From the NCBI GenBank assembly GCA_040437565.1, contig JBDOQK010000027.1, positions 310,001-374,000 on the forward strand: DNA of 64,000 nucleotides, in the 5' to 3' direction. The translations under genes and the position numbers were made by a program. The notes below the pieces were generated by a model that was not told the origin of the DNA, did not search any database, and saw only the letters and a program-made list of their open reading frames with translations. Positions within the stretch are counted from its first letter, which is position 1. Each line of letters opens with the position of its first letter. Of the stretch, positions 35,490-49,929 are shown piece after piece. The stretch comes from Albugo candida. Its lineage: Eukaryota.

Positions 35490-38400
35490 ATGTCGAAATT
35501 GCTCGAGCAATTGGTAGCTCGTGGAAGACGCGAGCGTAATTCCCCCGAACAGCGTGAAATAGCGTACAATTTAGCTGAAATATCAACGAATCCTCAATAC
35601 CATGAGAAAATGGTACTCAAAGGCGCCATTCAGGCCCTCACTCATCTCCTCACAAACACAAATGATGTTGAGGCTTTTCAATTAACGTGCATGTGTCTGG
35701 CCAATATCGCTTCCTGCCCCGTAACTCGCACCAGAATCGTCAAAGATGGCGTCCTACCTCTGCTTATAAACCATCTGAAAAGCTCAGAGACCGACATAAC
35801 CTCCAAGCAGTACCTTGCAATGATGCTCGGTAATCTCGCGTTCGAGTCCGCATTGCATAAAGATATCATCAAAGAAGACGCAATCAATGCGCTTGTCAGT
35901 CTTATGAACGCAGAAAACACAATTCTCGGCGCATTTTGCGCATTTGCACTGACAAATATATCCCTCAATGAGGACTACCGCTGTGACATTGTTGAGGAAG
36001 GAGGTATCTCTCGCTTGATTGATCTGGCGTGCTCCAGCGATGTAAAAGCACAAATCCAAGCGCTCACTTGTCTCGGTGGCCTCTGCATTGATCCTCAATA
36101 CCGAAGTCGAGCTGTAGAAGAAGGAATAATTGATGTCCTCATTTTGATGGCGCGTGTGGAACTCTCACATGTTCGGACTCAAGTCGCTGCAGCTTTGTGC
36201 TCGTTATCTTCTGCAGTAGAAAGTCAAGTGGAAATCGCTGATCGAGCTCTACTGACCATTATATCTCTGTCACTCTCCGGCGACCCAAAAGTCGAAGAGC
36301 ACGCGTGTGGAGCGATAGCAAACCTCACAGAACGTGAGGACATCCATGAAAAAATCCTCAGTGAAAATGGTTTAATGATCTTAATGACACTCGGCCGAGC
36401 CAAAGAGCTTGACACTCGAGCAGAAGCCTGTCGATGTTTTGCCAATCTCACAACAAACGTGAATATCTTGCAAGCTATCGCTCGGAAAGAAATTGTAGAA
36501 ATCCTCATTGAGGATGTCTCAGTTGATCACTTTATCTGTCAGCGCTACGCTGCGCTCGCAATAGCGAATATATGTATGGATGAACATCATCAATCGGTCG
36601 TAGTGAGCCTTGGAGCGATTCGGCCTCTCATACGATTAGCGCGAGCATTCGATCGCGAAATTGAGGCGAGGCGGTACTCCATATTAGCCTTTGCGAATTT
36701 GGCTGCAAGGGAAGCGAATCATTCTATTCTTCTTGATGAGGATTGCTTACAGGCTCTGTATGCTCTGTCGAGCACTGCCGATGGAACTTGTCAGTACTTT
36801 GTAGCATATGCTCTTGCCAATTTAGCTTCTAACTCTGAGACTCACACGAAAATGGTCGAAGAGGGAGGCCTTCAGCCAATTATTGCATTAGCGAGCTCTC
36901 AGGATACAGATGTACATCATCACGCGACGGCTGCACTACGAGGACTCGCGGTACAAGAAGCCGTTCGGATCAAAATCATCCAAGAAGGCGGGATGGAACC
37001 GCTTGTTCTACTGCTTCAGTCGGACGATCCTCAGGTTTTGAGGGAAGTGTGTGCGGCAATTTATAACCTCTCACTGTCTGAAGAAGCGTTGTTCGAAATC
37101 CCGAATTCCGGAGCGATTCCATACCTTCTCCACTGCTGTCAATCAAGCGATCTCGAGATCGTTCAACAGAGCTGTGCGATCATCGCTAATGTCGCGGAGA
37201 AACACGAAAATCAAATCCTCGTATGTCAACATGAGGGAATCCCTCCGTTAGCGGCAAATATGAGGTCTCACGACATTATCGTTCAGCGAGAAGCAGGTCG
37301 AGCGATCGCCAATCTGACGGCTCTTGAAGGAAGTCACGACGCCATTGTTGCCAATAAGGCTCATAAACTTCTTATAATGTACTTGGAATCGCCTGATGGA
37401 CCCTGTAAGCGTGTCGGAGTGATGGGTATCTGCAACCTCACAAGGAATGAACTCTTCCGTCAGAAATTAATGAATGGAAATACATTATCACTTCTTATGG
37501 CACATACGCAATCAAATGTCACTGAAATCGTTCAATTCTCACTTTTAGCAATTGCCAATTTCGCTCTTTCACCGCAAATACACGCGAAAATGGTGGAAAA
37601 GGGAGTACTCATTTGCGTCGCATCAAATACAAACGCCTCAAACGACCAAATTCGGTCATTTGCAACGTATGTTATCGCTCGCATTGCACGGAATCCATCG
37701 TATCGTACTCTGATCACTGAAAGTGGAGGCCTGACACCACTGTTGCGCCTCATTGAACGAAAAGAGGAATGCGTCGATCACGAAATTCTCCCCGCAATCT
37801 GTTCCCTCTCCTTTTTGGATGCGAATAAGCAGAACATCAGTCTCCACGCCATTCCGTTTCTCGTCGGAATGCTATCAAATTCCCATTCAGATGCACTCCG
37901 ATGGACCTGCTGTACGATTGCAAATATGGCGGAAAGACTCGACCTACAGCCGCATTTGGTGACTGCAAATGTGATCCCGAGGCTTTGTCACATCCTTCAG
38001 AATAAAGACGAACGCCTGCAAGCGGAAGCCGCTCGAGCTATCGGCAATGTAGCGATCCATTACGAGTACGCAATTCTTATACTTCAGCACCAAATTCTCC
38101 CAAATTTGCGTTTAATGCTTTCGGGAAAAGATGTCACATGTCAGCGGATGAGTGTGATGACACTTCACAATTTATCGTCAGCCACTGAGAATCACATCAA
38201 AGTGTTTGGATGTATGACGGAATCTCATTCGGACACTTTATCGGTGCTATTATCGACGCTAAAAGAAGGCCTGAGCTCTCATTCCATGCAAGATCACGAG
38301 GTCATTGAGCACTGTCTATTGACAATCTCGAATCTCTCTGCCTCCACCATCACACATAGAGAAATCATGGAGTCTGCATTAGACTTACTGATTGCTTACA

Positions 38401-41400
38401 CAAAGCAAGGGGATATTAAATGTCGTCATTATGCCATTTTCGCTCTCGGGAATCTCTGTTTTAACACTGAAAACGTCGATCGACTCGTCCAGGCACATGT
38501 TGTCAAAATCATGATCACATATATGTTCCCGGGTGAATTACAAGTGCAGATTCAGGCTGTAGCAGCGATTCGAGCTCTGTGCGTCTCGGAAACAGTGCGT
38601 CTTCAGACTGTGTCGGAGGGAGTGCTTCAGCCTTTGAATCTATCGGTTTGCTCGAATTCCACTGATTTGAAACGTGAGGCTGCAGCAGCGTTCGTTACGC
38701 TTACACACAGCGAAGAAATCAAAGTGAAAATGACAAAGGAAGGCTGCGTGACGTTGCTTCTGAGCCTGATGACCTGCAACGATCCTGAGACTCAAGTCTT
38801 TGCAATGACGGCAATAGCGAATATCGCAGAGATGACACAAGATTCTACGCACGATAGTATGATACAGGAAGGGCTTCTGACCGCATTAGGAGCGTCTACG
38901 GAGCCGTACCTCACACGACAAAGAAATCGATGTTTTGCATTACTTTCAATGAATTTGAGGCTGCACAGTGCTTTGATGAAAATGAACGCTTTGGGCGGTG
39001 TCGTCGCCTCGACGTCTGTCAACGTGGAAAACGCTTTGGAATGCTATCGATTTACATCCATTTTGATCGCCAATCTATCGATCAACGCAGCGTTCCACAG
39101 AGAACTGATCGAACAAGGCGGTGTGGAAGCTCTTTCAATCGCTTTACAACTCTTACGCGACACGGAACGTTTGGAAGCGGAACGAGTAAACGCACAAAGA
39201 GAGATCGCAGCGGCACTCCGAAATCTTTCGTGTTCGCAATTCGCTCTCTCCAAAGACACTCTCACACTTTTACAGAAGCTGATGGAAGAAGAAGACTATG
39301 AGACGCTTGAGAATGCGTGCATTGCCGTACGCGACCTGGCGACGTATCCACTCGCATTGACACCATTTCGATCCGTTAAAGGCGTCGAATCGCTTTTGAA
39401 TCTCCTCAAGCGATTCACCTGCATCCAAGTGAAGCGTACAGCATGTCAAGCGCTGTACAACTTGTCATTACACAGTGAAATACAATCTGAAATCGTGCAT
39501 TTCGAAGGGCTTCCGATACTTTTGGCGCTATTACAATTCGAAGACGCGAGTCTTTCCCATTCGACTTGCAGTGTGCTCGCAAATATCGCAGAAAACCACG
39601 CAAATCGATCGAAAATGGCGCAACATGGCGTTTTTCAGCATCTGAAATTCGCATTACGTGTGGCAAACGAAACGCAACGTATGGAAATGGCTATCAGCGT
39701 CCAACAGGAAGCGATCCGTACAATCGCAAACATGGCAGTCGATGATACTGTCGCAGCCAAAGTCGTATCCACCGGCGCTTTGTATGTTCTCAGGGAAGCA
39801 CTCGAGTCTCAGGACGCTCAAACACAGCGATGTGCCGCTTTAGCGCTCGCCAATCTCTCCGCAAATGAACAGACTATCCCGAAACTCATTCAAAATGACG
39901 TGTTTCCTCTCTGTTTGTCGCTGCACAAACGATGCGATCGGATCGATGAGACAACGTATCATTTGCTCACATTGTTTACGAATGTCGCGAGTTCGAATTC
40001 TATTCCCATTGAGAAAGCGATTGAAATGCTAACAATTTTCATACATTCTCTGCAGCAATTCGATTGGGATGTACGTCGCATGGGAGCATTTGGAATTGCC
40101 AATTTTGCAGCGCAAACGGAATTGCATTCGCTATTGCTTTCGTTCAGTGGGAAGGACGCTGCCACAGGCTCTGATGTCGCATTGATACGCTTATTGATGG
40201 ATTTGATCGAGTGTGAAGATGTTTCTTGTCAGCGACATATCCTCTCTTCCATTCGCGGGCTTTGCTGTGACGAGAAAGCACGAAAGGCGTTGTACGACGT
40301 TGGAGTCATTCCGATCTTATTTCGACTTTTAAAGAGCACAAGCGGCGACACACAGACGCAAGTATTCGCATCACTGATCAATTTATCGTCTTCACGATTC
40401 ATCGATCGACATGTCGACTTGATGATCAAAGTACTTGGAATCGATCGTTTGATTTCATTCCTTTGCACGCCGGAAATAGTCTGCAGGCTTTTTGGAGCGA
40501 TTTCAATCAAAAGTGTCACAGCTGCACAACAGAAACGCTATCACGAGAGTGTTTTCACTTCGGGAGCGATACAGGCGCTTATCGAAACGCATTACGATAC
40601 AAACGATGATACATGTCGTTGCATTGCATTAGCGCTTTGTGATTTGTGCTGTATCGCGTCGGAATATCGTCAGACTGTGGTGTCTCAAGGCGGAATTCCG
40701 TGCATATTGAAATTAGCGCTCGTCGAAGAAGAATCCGATCGCTCTGCTGCTATCGCCACAATACGACAGCTCTCTCAAGTTGCAGCATACAGAGAATGTA
40801 TCGCGTCGATCGGCTTGCATCCAATCTGTCGCGCCATTTCCGACATTCCTACGAGCAGCGAAATGGCTGAAAATGCGATTATAACGCTTTACGAGTACTC
40901 TCACGAGACAAAGTATCAGCAGCGAATCGCAGACGCTGTCGCGTATGGGGATCTATGGAGGATAGCTGCGTCGAATGTGCCTTTAGCAGAGGTTGCGTGT
41001 GGGATTGTAGCAAATATTTCCGAGCTTTCCACGATACACTCGCACTTACAAAGCCAACAGGAATTCAAAATGTTTTTCGACTTTGATGCGTTCATTGTAC
41101 GTCCATGCACCCCAAATGCGCTCGTGGAATCACTGTGCATTCTGAAGAACCTCGCGGCACATTCCGAAAACCATTCGACGATGCTGTCCCGAAACCAACA
41201 GAGACTTTTGTATTGGGCTTTGGAGACCTCTTTTGACGTCGATGTGAGGCTGCAAGCGCTTTTGGGTTTGGCCAATTTCGCATGCAATCCTTTGGCACTC
41301 GAACGTCTGCTTTTCGATTTCGATTCGGATTTCTGCAGAATGCAATTGTTACTATCGCTTTTCGATGAAGAGAATCCCATTTTTATACAGCGAGTCGTAG

Positions 41401-44400
41401 CGGTGATAATTGGGAACGTTGCGGCTCTTTTGGGCTTTNNNNNNNNNNNNNNNNNNNNNNNNNNNNNNNNNNNNNNNNNNNNNNNNNNNNNNNNNNNNNN
41501 NNNNNNNNNNNNNNNNNNNNNNNNNNNNNNNNNNNNNNCTTTGGAGACCTCTTTTGACGTCGATGTGAGGCTGCAAGCGCTTTTGGGTTTGGCCAATTTC
41601 GCATGCAATCCTTTGGCACTCGAACGTCTGCTTTTCGATTTCGATTCGGATTTCTGCAGAATGCAATTGTTACTATCGCTTTTCGATGAAGAGAATCCCA
41701 TTTTTATACAGCGAGTCGTAGCGGTGATAATTGGGAACGTTGCGGCTCTTTTGGGCTTTCAGGAGCTTCTCCTAAAAGCTGGCGCTAGTACCGCACTTGT
41801 TGATGTGCTAAAACGGGAAAAAGACATGCCCTTACGTCATTGTGTCACGAATGTGTGTGTAAAACTCGCGCAACATTCCGAGCATTTGCGTCAATTTGGT
41901 AATGTGATACAATCGCCAGAGATTTTCATCGATTTGATATGGGAAGCACAACGCGACAACGCGGACACTGAGCTGAGGAATACCGTCTTATTAAATGCGA
42001 TGCGAATGCTGCGATCGCTCTCTGAGCTCAAAGAGTGTTCAGTCGAAATGATGCGTTTACATGCTCACAAAGTAATTGACGTACTGATTTCTGCGTCTTG
42101 TTCTCGCGACTCGAAGCTACAGAGTGAGACGGTATTGTGTTGCTATCATCTCACTAAAAGCACTGTCAATCAGAAGCTTTTGGCGGATGGGAAAGTACTC
42201 CAAGTCATTCTTCCGCTCTGTGTATCGCCCAACGAACATATCGCTTGCTGCGCATGCGCTACTGTCGCTAATATCTCTCAATGTGAAGACACACACGCGA
42301 TATTGAGAGATAGTAATGTGATTCCTTTGGTCGTTCGAGCGATCAAAGAGAAGCGGCTTCCGGTTCTCAGAGAAGCTATTCGTTTAGTAGCAAATTCGAT
42401 AACAACAAATGAGTTTCAGACCTCTTTTATCGCCAAAGATGTCGTCAAAGTTTTGTTGGAAACGTCTTTGAACGGCGATGATGCGTGTCAGCTGCAGGCT
42501 TCTTTGGCTTTGTATCGCGTTAGTAGCAGTGGTACGCAGAGACTTTTGCTCACGGAATTTGCGATTGAAACACTGCATACACTTTTATTGTCGACGAACG
42601 AAAGGGTTCAATCGCATGCGATCGGTACCCTCGGGAATCTCTCACTTGAAAATGGCGCCTTCCTCGTGGCAAACCATACAATCTCAGCGATCATTTGTAT
42701 GCTACAACGTCGTCCTCTGTCTTGTTGTGACGATATGACAATCGCTGTGCTGAGGTCTTTGGCATTGGAATCGGAATTCAGTAATGTCTTTCACGAAAAT
42801 GGAGGTCTTTTACCGCTTTGGAAGCGCTGTTGTGAGAGTACGGACAGAAGACTACTGCGACAGTGTGCAGGCCTTTTGATTCATTTCGCAGACGATACGC
42901 AGCGATTTGTTCTGACACACTGGAAACAGTATGAAGATGCAATGGAAGCACTTCTACGGAACGCAATTGCGTTTGATGACATCCAAATCGCTCGAAATGT
43001 TGCTCAGAATTTGTGCATTCGGACATTTAAACCGGAAAATCACATCACTTTGCCACTGTATCGGTGTCTTATCGAATTGGTGTCGCTGCATGACGACCAT
43101 TGCGGGTCGTATGCAGCCCTGGCGATTGGCAATATCGCGGCTTCCAGGAAGGATCAGGCATTCATACTGCAATGTGGAGGCATACAATCGCTAGTGGCAC
43201 TGCTCGATTCACAGTCTTCTTCTTGCCAGGAACACGCGGCTCGCGCGATAGCTCGCCTGGCTGCATACGAAGAGAATCAAGAGCGTTTATTCGAAGCTGA
43301 GGCGCACACGCAATTGATACAACTCCTCGATACCAAAAGCAGTAGTATTCGACTGCATGTTGTGATGGCTATCTGTAATCTCACTGCTCACGATCCCAAG
43401 AACACGGAGAGCATTGTGCAAGCGCACGCGATCTCTCTTCTGATCCAAACACTCGAAACCGGAGATTCGATGTGCAATAAAGCGGTCTGTAGGGCGCTTT
43501 GTAATCTCAGCACCGCAGTCGTTGAGAAATTGCATCTATTCATTGAAAAGGAAGACATTCGGAGCATTGTTCGTGTCGCAATTCGACCGACTCGGAAAAC
43601 GTGTTTGCTCCTTTCCAATTTCGCAATGAATTTGAATGTTGCAACAGCGCTTGTCGATGCAAATGCCCTCGTTCCTGTCATCAGATTGCTCTCATCCTCC
43701 TGCGTTAAAGATCAACGAACAGGGGCGCTGGCAATGTACAACATGTCGCGTGATCGCCAAAAGGAAGCCACGATTGCGGACAAAGTACTCGACTCGAATC
43801 TGATCCGTCTCGTTACTTCGTTGGATCCTTGGGTGAGTCTGTACGCGATCATGACACTAGGCAACGTTTCTTCCAGCTCTCATGTGCGTCAGCTTTGTGA
43901 AGAGAACGGAATTGGATCGGCTTTGATTACAATTATCAAAGAGAACAAAAAGGAGAAAGCTCGAGACACTACTCTCCGTATCGGTGACGCCGCATGCATT
44001 ACACTGTGCAATTTGGCGTACAGCTCTCACACGCAGAAAGAGATATTCCATCGGGAAGCGTTGGAAGCAATTCTGAGGCTTAAAGGCCGTCAGCGATTGC
44101 AATGGATGATACTCTCCAATGTCGCTGCGGATAAGCGTAATCAGCGCATATTGTGGGAAGAAGGAGTGGTCCAAAGAGCAGTCGATGCAACAGATTCGAT
44201 CGACAAAGATATTCGATTGTATAGCACGCTGCTCATTGCCAATATCTCTGGAAACACGAATTATAGCGACATTCTTGGCGAAATAGGAGGCGTCAAGTGT
44301 TTGCTCGCATTGACGTGCTCTCAGGATCCCAATTTACAGACACTTGCGATATCAAGTCTTTGCTGTCTCTGCCAGTACTCACCTTCTAATCGACTGCTAT

Positions 44401-47247
44401 TCATTCAGGCAAATGGACTCTCCTCACTCCTTATGGCTGCGAATGCGACGACGATCGAAACGCATCGACACGTAGCGGCTTTCTTTCTTATCCTTTCGCT
44501 AAAAGATGCGTTTCCGAATCAGCTCGCGAGACCTGACATCATTTCGACGTTGTTACAGCTTGCGAATTCAGCAGAGGAGCACGTCGCTTTCTACAGCTGT
44601 GGAGCTCTTGCAAACATATCGGAGCGCGTGGAGAATCATCATGCGTTTACAGGTATTCAGAAGCTTATTACGAGGCTCCTGCAGCATGAGAGCGCACTCG
44701 TTGTGCGGGAGGCACTTTGGATGACTTGGAATTTGCTTTCCAATATATCGTATCAAAACGAGCTCATTGCTAACGGGTTCTGCGACCTCTTTCTCGTCGG
44801 TTTGAGATCAGATTCTGAATGTCAATATGTCACGGCACTCGCATTGGAAAAGCTTACGCGTAATGTCACTTCACATTCGACTTTTTTCTCGGGAAATGGA
44901 GTCGTGACTTTGCTCCATTTGGCTCACTCGTCTGACGAGCAAACTCAATTGAAAAGTATTTCTGCGCTGCGGAATTTGGTTTGTAGTGAAGCGCATGCTG
45001 TCGCGTTTGACACAAGCAAACACCTCGGGACTGTTGTTGCGTTACTTGAGCATGCGAATCCGATGATACAGAGAGCTACAGCTGAGATCGTACATCGACT
45101 GAGCTTTCGATCAGAATGGAGGAAGGAGATCAGTGAAAAGGGCGTTCTCATTCTCGTAAAACGATGCGTTATCGATGTGATCAAAAGACGAGCTGAAGCA
45201 ATTGATTGGGACTTTGCGTACGAGTGCGTCGGAGTTGTGGCCAACTACGCGGAAGATGCGTTCTATCAGACTGAAATGATGGACACAGATCTCGTGGGCG
45301 CGCTCATTCATTTGGTGAAAGCACTTTATGAAGAAAAGAGCGATTCTTGGGCCCTGGCGGACTGGATCGAGCAAGACGTAGCAAGAACACTGGCACTTCT
45401 GTGCGGTAACGAGCTATTTCAGAAAGATATTTACGAGAAGGGAGTTTTGCAATGTCTCTTGATGCTCGCTGAATCTTTCGATGAGAAAACTCGAGGATTT
45501 GCGAGTTTGGGCATCCGATTGCTTGCGAGTAATGTCAAAGTATGCAAACACATTGCTAGCGGATCGCTTTCTCCATTCTTACAGCTGGCAGGAAGCGCTA
45601 ATGTCGACCTCAAGCAGACCGCTAGTTTCGTACTTGCAAACTTGACAGTGAGTGAAGAGAACAAAGTGATTCTTGGAGGACATATCGATCGAATGATTGA
45701 ACTCTGTCACTGCACAGATGTACGCGTGCGACGATATGGCGTCTTCGCGTTGGCCAACATGTCGAGTGTCTTGCATCTCGAGTCTGACGCGCTTTGTGAG
45801 AGTGGAATTACAACGCTGTTGATGCTCTCCGNNNNNNNNNNNNNNNNNNNNNNNNNNNNNNNNNNNNNNNNNNNNNNNNNNNNNNNNNNNNNNNNNNNNN
45901 NNNNNNNNNNNNNNNNNNNNNNNNNNNNNNNCAGGAAGCGCTAATGTCGACCTCAAGCAGACCGCTAGTTTCGTACTTGCAAACTTGACAGTGAGTGAAG
46001 AGAACAAAGTGATTCTTGGAGGACATATCGATCGAATGATTGAACTCTGTCACTGCACAGATGTACGCGTGCGACGATATGGCGTCTTCGCGTTGGCCAA
46101 CATGTCGAGTGTCTTGCATCTCGAGTCTGACGCGCTTTGTGAGAGTGGAATTACAACGCTGTTGATGCTCTCCGATGACGAGGAACTCAGTATCCGACGC
46201 GATGTGGCTCGAGCGTTTGTTCATCTCTCAAGGCACAAATCACTGTATGCAAAGCTGATTCCACGTGGAAATTCGATCCTATTCCCACTATCAAAGGCCT
46301 CTGATCTCGATACAAAACGATTCGCAACGCTGGCGATATGTAATTTCGCTTCTCGAATTTCCAAACACGAGAGAGCGCACTTGGCCACAGACCGAGACAT
46401 TCAGTCATTGATTCATCTCGCACGATTCCACGACGTAGATGTTCAACGACATGTAGTCCTGGCGCTTGCAGGCTTCCTCATGGAGGCTCAGGATAAGCTT
46501 TTTATGATCGAGAAAGGCTTAGTAGGACCATTGATCGATTTTCTCCGATCGCCACATCCTCATGTTCAGTTATGCGGCAGCCTGGCGCTCAATTTGGTGG
46601 TATTGGGCACCGATGACGGTCTTAAAGTGGCAGTCATGGAGCAGAATGCCTTACCGCCACTTGGAGCTCTCGTGCATTCGGTCCATGTCGAGTGCGTGAA
46701 AAGCGCATTGTATTGTATCGGTACTTTGTGTGAGAACCGAATTGTTTTGAAAGCATTCGATGAGCACGATCTCACAAGTACGATCACCGATTTGGCTCGT
46801 CATTCCGATACGGAGATACAGCGAAGCTGTGGGTATATGCTCGCGTTGTGGGCAGAGCACGATTATGAGTTCCAGGAAGCTACGATAAACGCGAGTATAT
46901 CGCTGGCAGAGGTCCAAGACAGAGAATGCCAGGATTATGCGTCTTTCATTCTCGCTCATCTATCATCGAATCGACAGTATCAGCCCTTGCTGCTTCGTGG
47001 CGGTGCGCTTGAACCTTTGGTCGCAATGGTGACAAATGAGCCATACCCCAAACATTACGCGGGTCTCGCATTGCTACAGCTTGCGGATAATTATGAGAAT
47101 CACTTGCAGATTGTAGAAAAAGGAGGCGTCGAAGCGCTACTTCGTCTGGCAAGAATACGCTCACCAGACAAAGAGATTCAGTACAAAGCATCGAAAAGTC
47201 TTGGACAATTGGCAAAAAATGCCACAGAAGCGTTATCGATAAAGTGA
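35490..47247 (+). CDS. Giant intronless armadillo-repeat protein (Vac8-like), ~3,697 aa after collapsing two gap overlaps
   Basis: Dozens of ARM repeats (e.g. 'IVEEGGISRLIDLA...QALTCLGGL', 'MVEEGGLQPIIALA...ATAALRGLA'). Removing 321 and 343 nt of gap plus duplicated flank gives an 11,094-nt ORF. Confidence 0.9.
41218..41759. repeat. Gap-flank exact duplication (221 bp x2 around N 41439-41538), assembly artefact
   Basis: 41218-41438 matches 41539-41759. Confidence 0.93.
45589..46174. repeat. Gap-flank exact duplication (243 bp x2 around N 45832-45931), assembly artefact
   Basis: 45589-45831 matches 45932-46174. Confidence 0.93.
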
Positions 47248-47249
47248 TT

Positions 47250-47933
47250 TTTCTCCTCCTTTCAATCAAAAACAAAAGCGGACATTGACTGTCGAATAGA
47301 TATGTTGGATGGCCGTGCGCCACTGGTTTTGATGGAATGTAGAGATAGGATTCATCCAAGTTTGAGTGGGATCGAGTATCTCCGTTGGTCCGTGACGCCT
47401 TCCGTAGCGGATTGAAGTGTCTGCGTATTTTCCAGCAATTCCATTTCGATTTTTGAGATATTCAGCTGACTTCCTGTGCTATTGGAACGCCGCATCATTC
47501 TCTTTGTACGCTGCAGATAGCTCATTGGAGTCTGAAATTGCNNNNNNNNNNNNNNNNNNNNNNNNNNNNNNNNNNNNNNNNNNNNNNNNNNNNNNNNNNN
47601 NNNNNNNNNNNNNNNNNNNNNNNNNNNNNNNNNNNNNNNNNTTTCTCCTCCTTTCAATCAAAAACAAAAGCGGACATTGACTGTCGAATAGATATGTTGG
47701 ATGGCCGTGCGCCACTGGTTTTGATGGAATGTAGAGATAGGATTCATCCAAGTTTGAGTGGGATCGAGTATCTCCGTTGGTCCGTGACGCCTTCCGTAGC
47801 GGATTGAAGTGTCTGCGTATTTTCCAGCAATTCCATTTCGATTTTTGAGATATTCAGCTGACTTCCTGTGCTATTGGAACGCCGCATCATTCTCTTTGTA
47901 CGCTGCAGATAGCTCATTGGAGTCTGAAATTGC
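47250..47933. repeat. Gap-flank exact duplication (292 bp x2 around N 47542-47641), assembly artefact
   Basis: 47250-47541 matches 47642-47933. Confidence 0.93.
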
Positions 47934-49831
47934 ATTCAGTAAAGCACACGGAACAAATGCATACTTCATCTCACCTGTAGCATTTTCGTAAAGTCTTGAT
48001 AACTAACTTTTCCATCATTGTCAGCGTCTGTGCGTCGAATCATTTCCTTGCACATTGCTCGGTCAAAGTGAGGTCCAAGTAGCCCTATCATTGCTGAGTG
48101 AGAGCATTCAAAACAATCGATTGTGTAGAATGGCATACCAAGTAGATCGTGATCCGTGACACTTTTGCTGTTATCGCGATCAAAGAGCCCAAAGGCCCGA
48201 CGAGTGAAAAGATCGTTCGAAATGTCTTCGGGATTGAGTGTCGCTGCCACAAACTCCAGCAAGTTGACTCCATTCACACGTTGTTGATCGAGTCTGTCGG
48301 TAAACACATTAGTGTATCAATGTCGAGCGCTTTTGACAACGTACGATTGGAATATCTGCTCAACATCGAGGGAATAGCGCTGTAGCGACTCTGCATGCTG
48401 CATCTCGTGCAAAGTCAGAATCCCATTGTGTGCCACATTCAGTTCGTTATACACTTCACAGTGTTGTCGTGTTCGCCCTGATGGCATACAGAAAGCCACT
48501 GCGACGAGTGCAGCACGATGAAATGCGCTATATTGGCAGAAGGCTTTCAATCTCGGTATGAAGACGTCGTACACTTGCATCTTGACTCGATGCGTATCAG
48601 ATCGGATCCAAGGATGGATAAGGACTTGAGACGCCGAATAGCGAGTGGTGGGATCGGGCTAAAACAATGGTCAGACGATACGTTTGGAAACGATCGGATT
48701 CGTACATTGAGAAGTTTCTTAATCAGAGATTTCGCTTCTGCGGATACATTAGTCCAAACTTCATCACTGAAGGAGTAATTGGCTTGAAGGATGTTCTCTA
48801 CTAGCTCCTCCTCCGTGCTCCCAAAGAACGGAGCTTTGTTGCTCAAAAGCATAAACTACAGAGATACATAAAGTGAATCTGTTTGTGATATGTCTGATGC
48901 ACCGCATACCATAATGACTCCGAGACTCCATAGATCACACGAGTGCGTGTAATTCCCTTCCAAAACCTCTGGCTATCCGTCCCATTGAGTCACATCCCTA
49001 AAGCACAATGCAGACATACCGCCATATAAACGACAGAGCCGAGAATCTTTCGCATGGAGACTCCCATTTTGAATAATGTGCTCGCTCCAAAACTATTTTC
49101 GTGCACAGTGAGAGTACGCTATAGACCTTGTGCAAACGCCTCGTACTCGCAAAGCTTGATTTCCAATTCAGGTTGGTCGGCGTCTTGTAAAAGTATGTTT
49201 TCGAGCTTCAAATCGCGATGCTAAATGTACACACATTCAAAGAAGCCACCACGAAACTGCGAGGATCTGCTTACACAAATGAAACGAGAATGCAAGTATT
49301 GAATCACTGAAGCGAGCTTCCTGATAATCTCACGAGTGTAGTCTTCATCGTAAGCGTGTCCTATATCGACAATCAACAGCGATAGCAGCCTCACCTATGC
49401 AGTAAGCGTACCGCGTGTTTTCACCGTCTCCAATAGCTACAGATTTTCAAACAGACTCAGTTGGCTACAAAGTACAAAGAACGCGCCTTTACTACCGTTC
49501 CAGAAGCAGCGAGCTCCATAATGATATAGAAATGACGATCGTCCTCAAAGGTTTCCAGCATGCGCACAATGTTGGGATGGTGGAGACCTCGTAAAATATC
49601 GATCTCCTTCTCAAACTCACTTCGTTTGTGCCCAACAATGTTGATTGTTTTCATTGCATATAGCCTCTGCGTCTGTATATGCTCGACTTTTTCTACAACA
49701 CCGAAAGCTCCCTTCCCGAGATGGTCAACAATCCTGTACACTTGCAGCACAGGCTCTTTTCGATGCAAACAAAGATTCCGCTGGAAAAAGTTTGGTTGAC
49801 CTAGGCCTTCCTTGCTGGAAACGCATCCCAT
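47744..49831 (-). CDS. CDPK: Calcium-dependent protein kinase (kinase plus EF-hands), many introns, N-terminal acylation motif
   Basis: MGCVSS start; GKGAFG, YAMK, spliced HRDLKLEN, intron-split DFG, 'DLWSLGVIM'; EF loops DRDNSKSVTDHDL and DADNDGKVSYQDF plus two degenerate ones. Confidence 0.88.
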
Positions 49832-49929
49832 TCTGAAGCCTTACAACGACAGCTGCAGGAAAAGTGGTGATAAACGCATTTCGATCAGTCTTGTGCTATT
49901 TCCGTGCGTAAACTGTCAAGGCTATTTTT

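Noticed and set aside
45985-47247. Separate 420-aa ARM gene
   Set aside because: It is the C-terminus of the giant ARM gene; the frame break comes from the 343-nt gap plus overlap.
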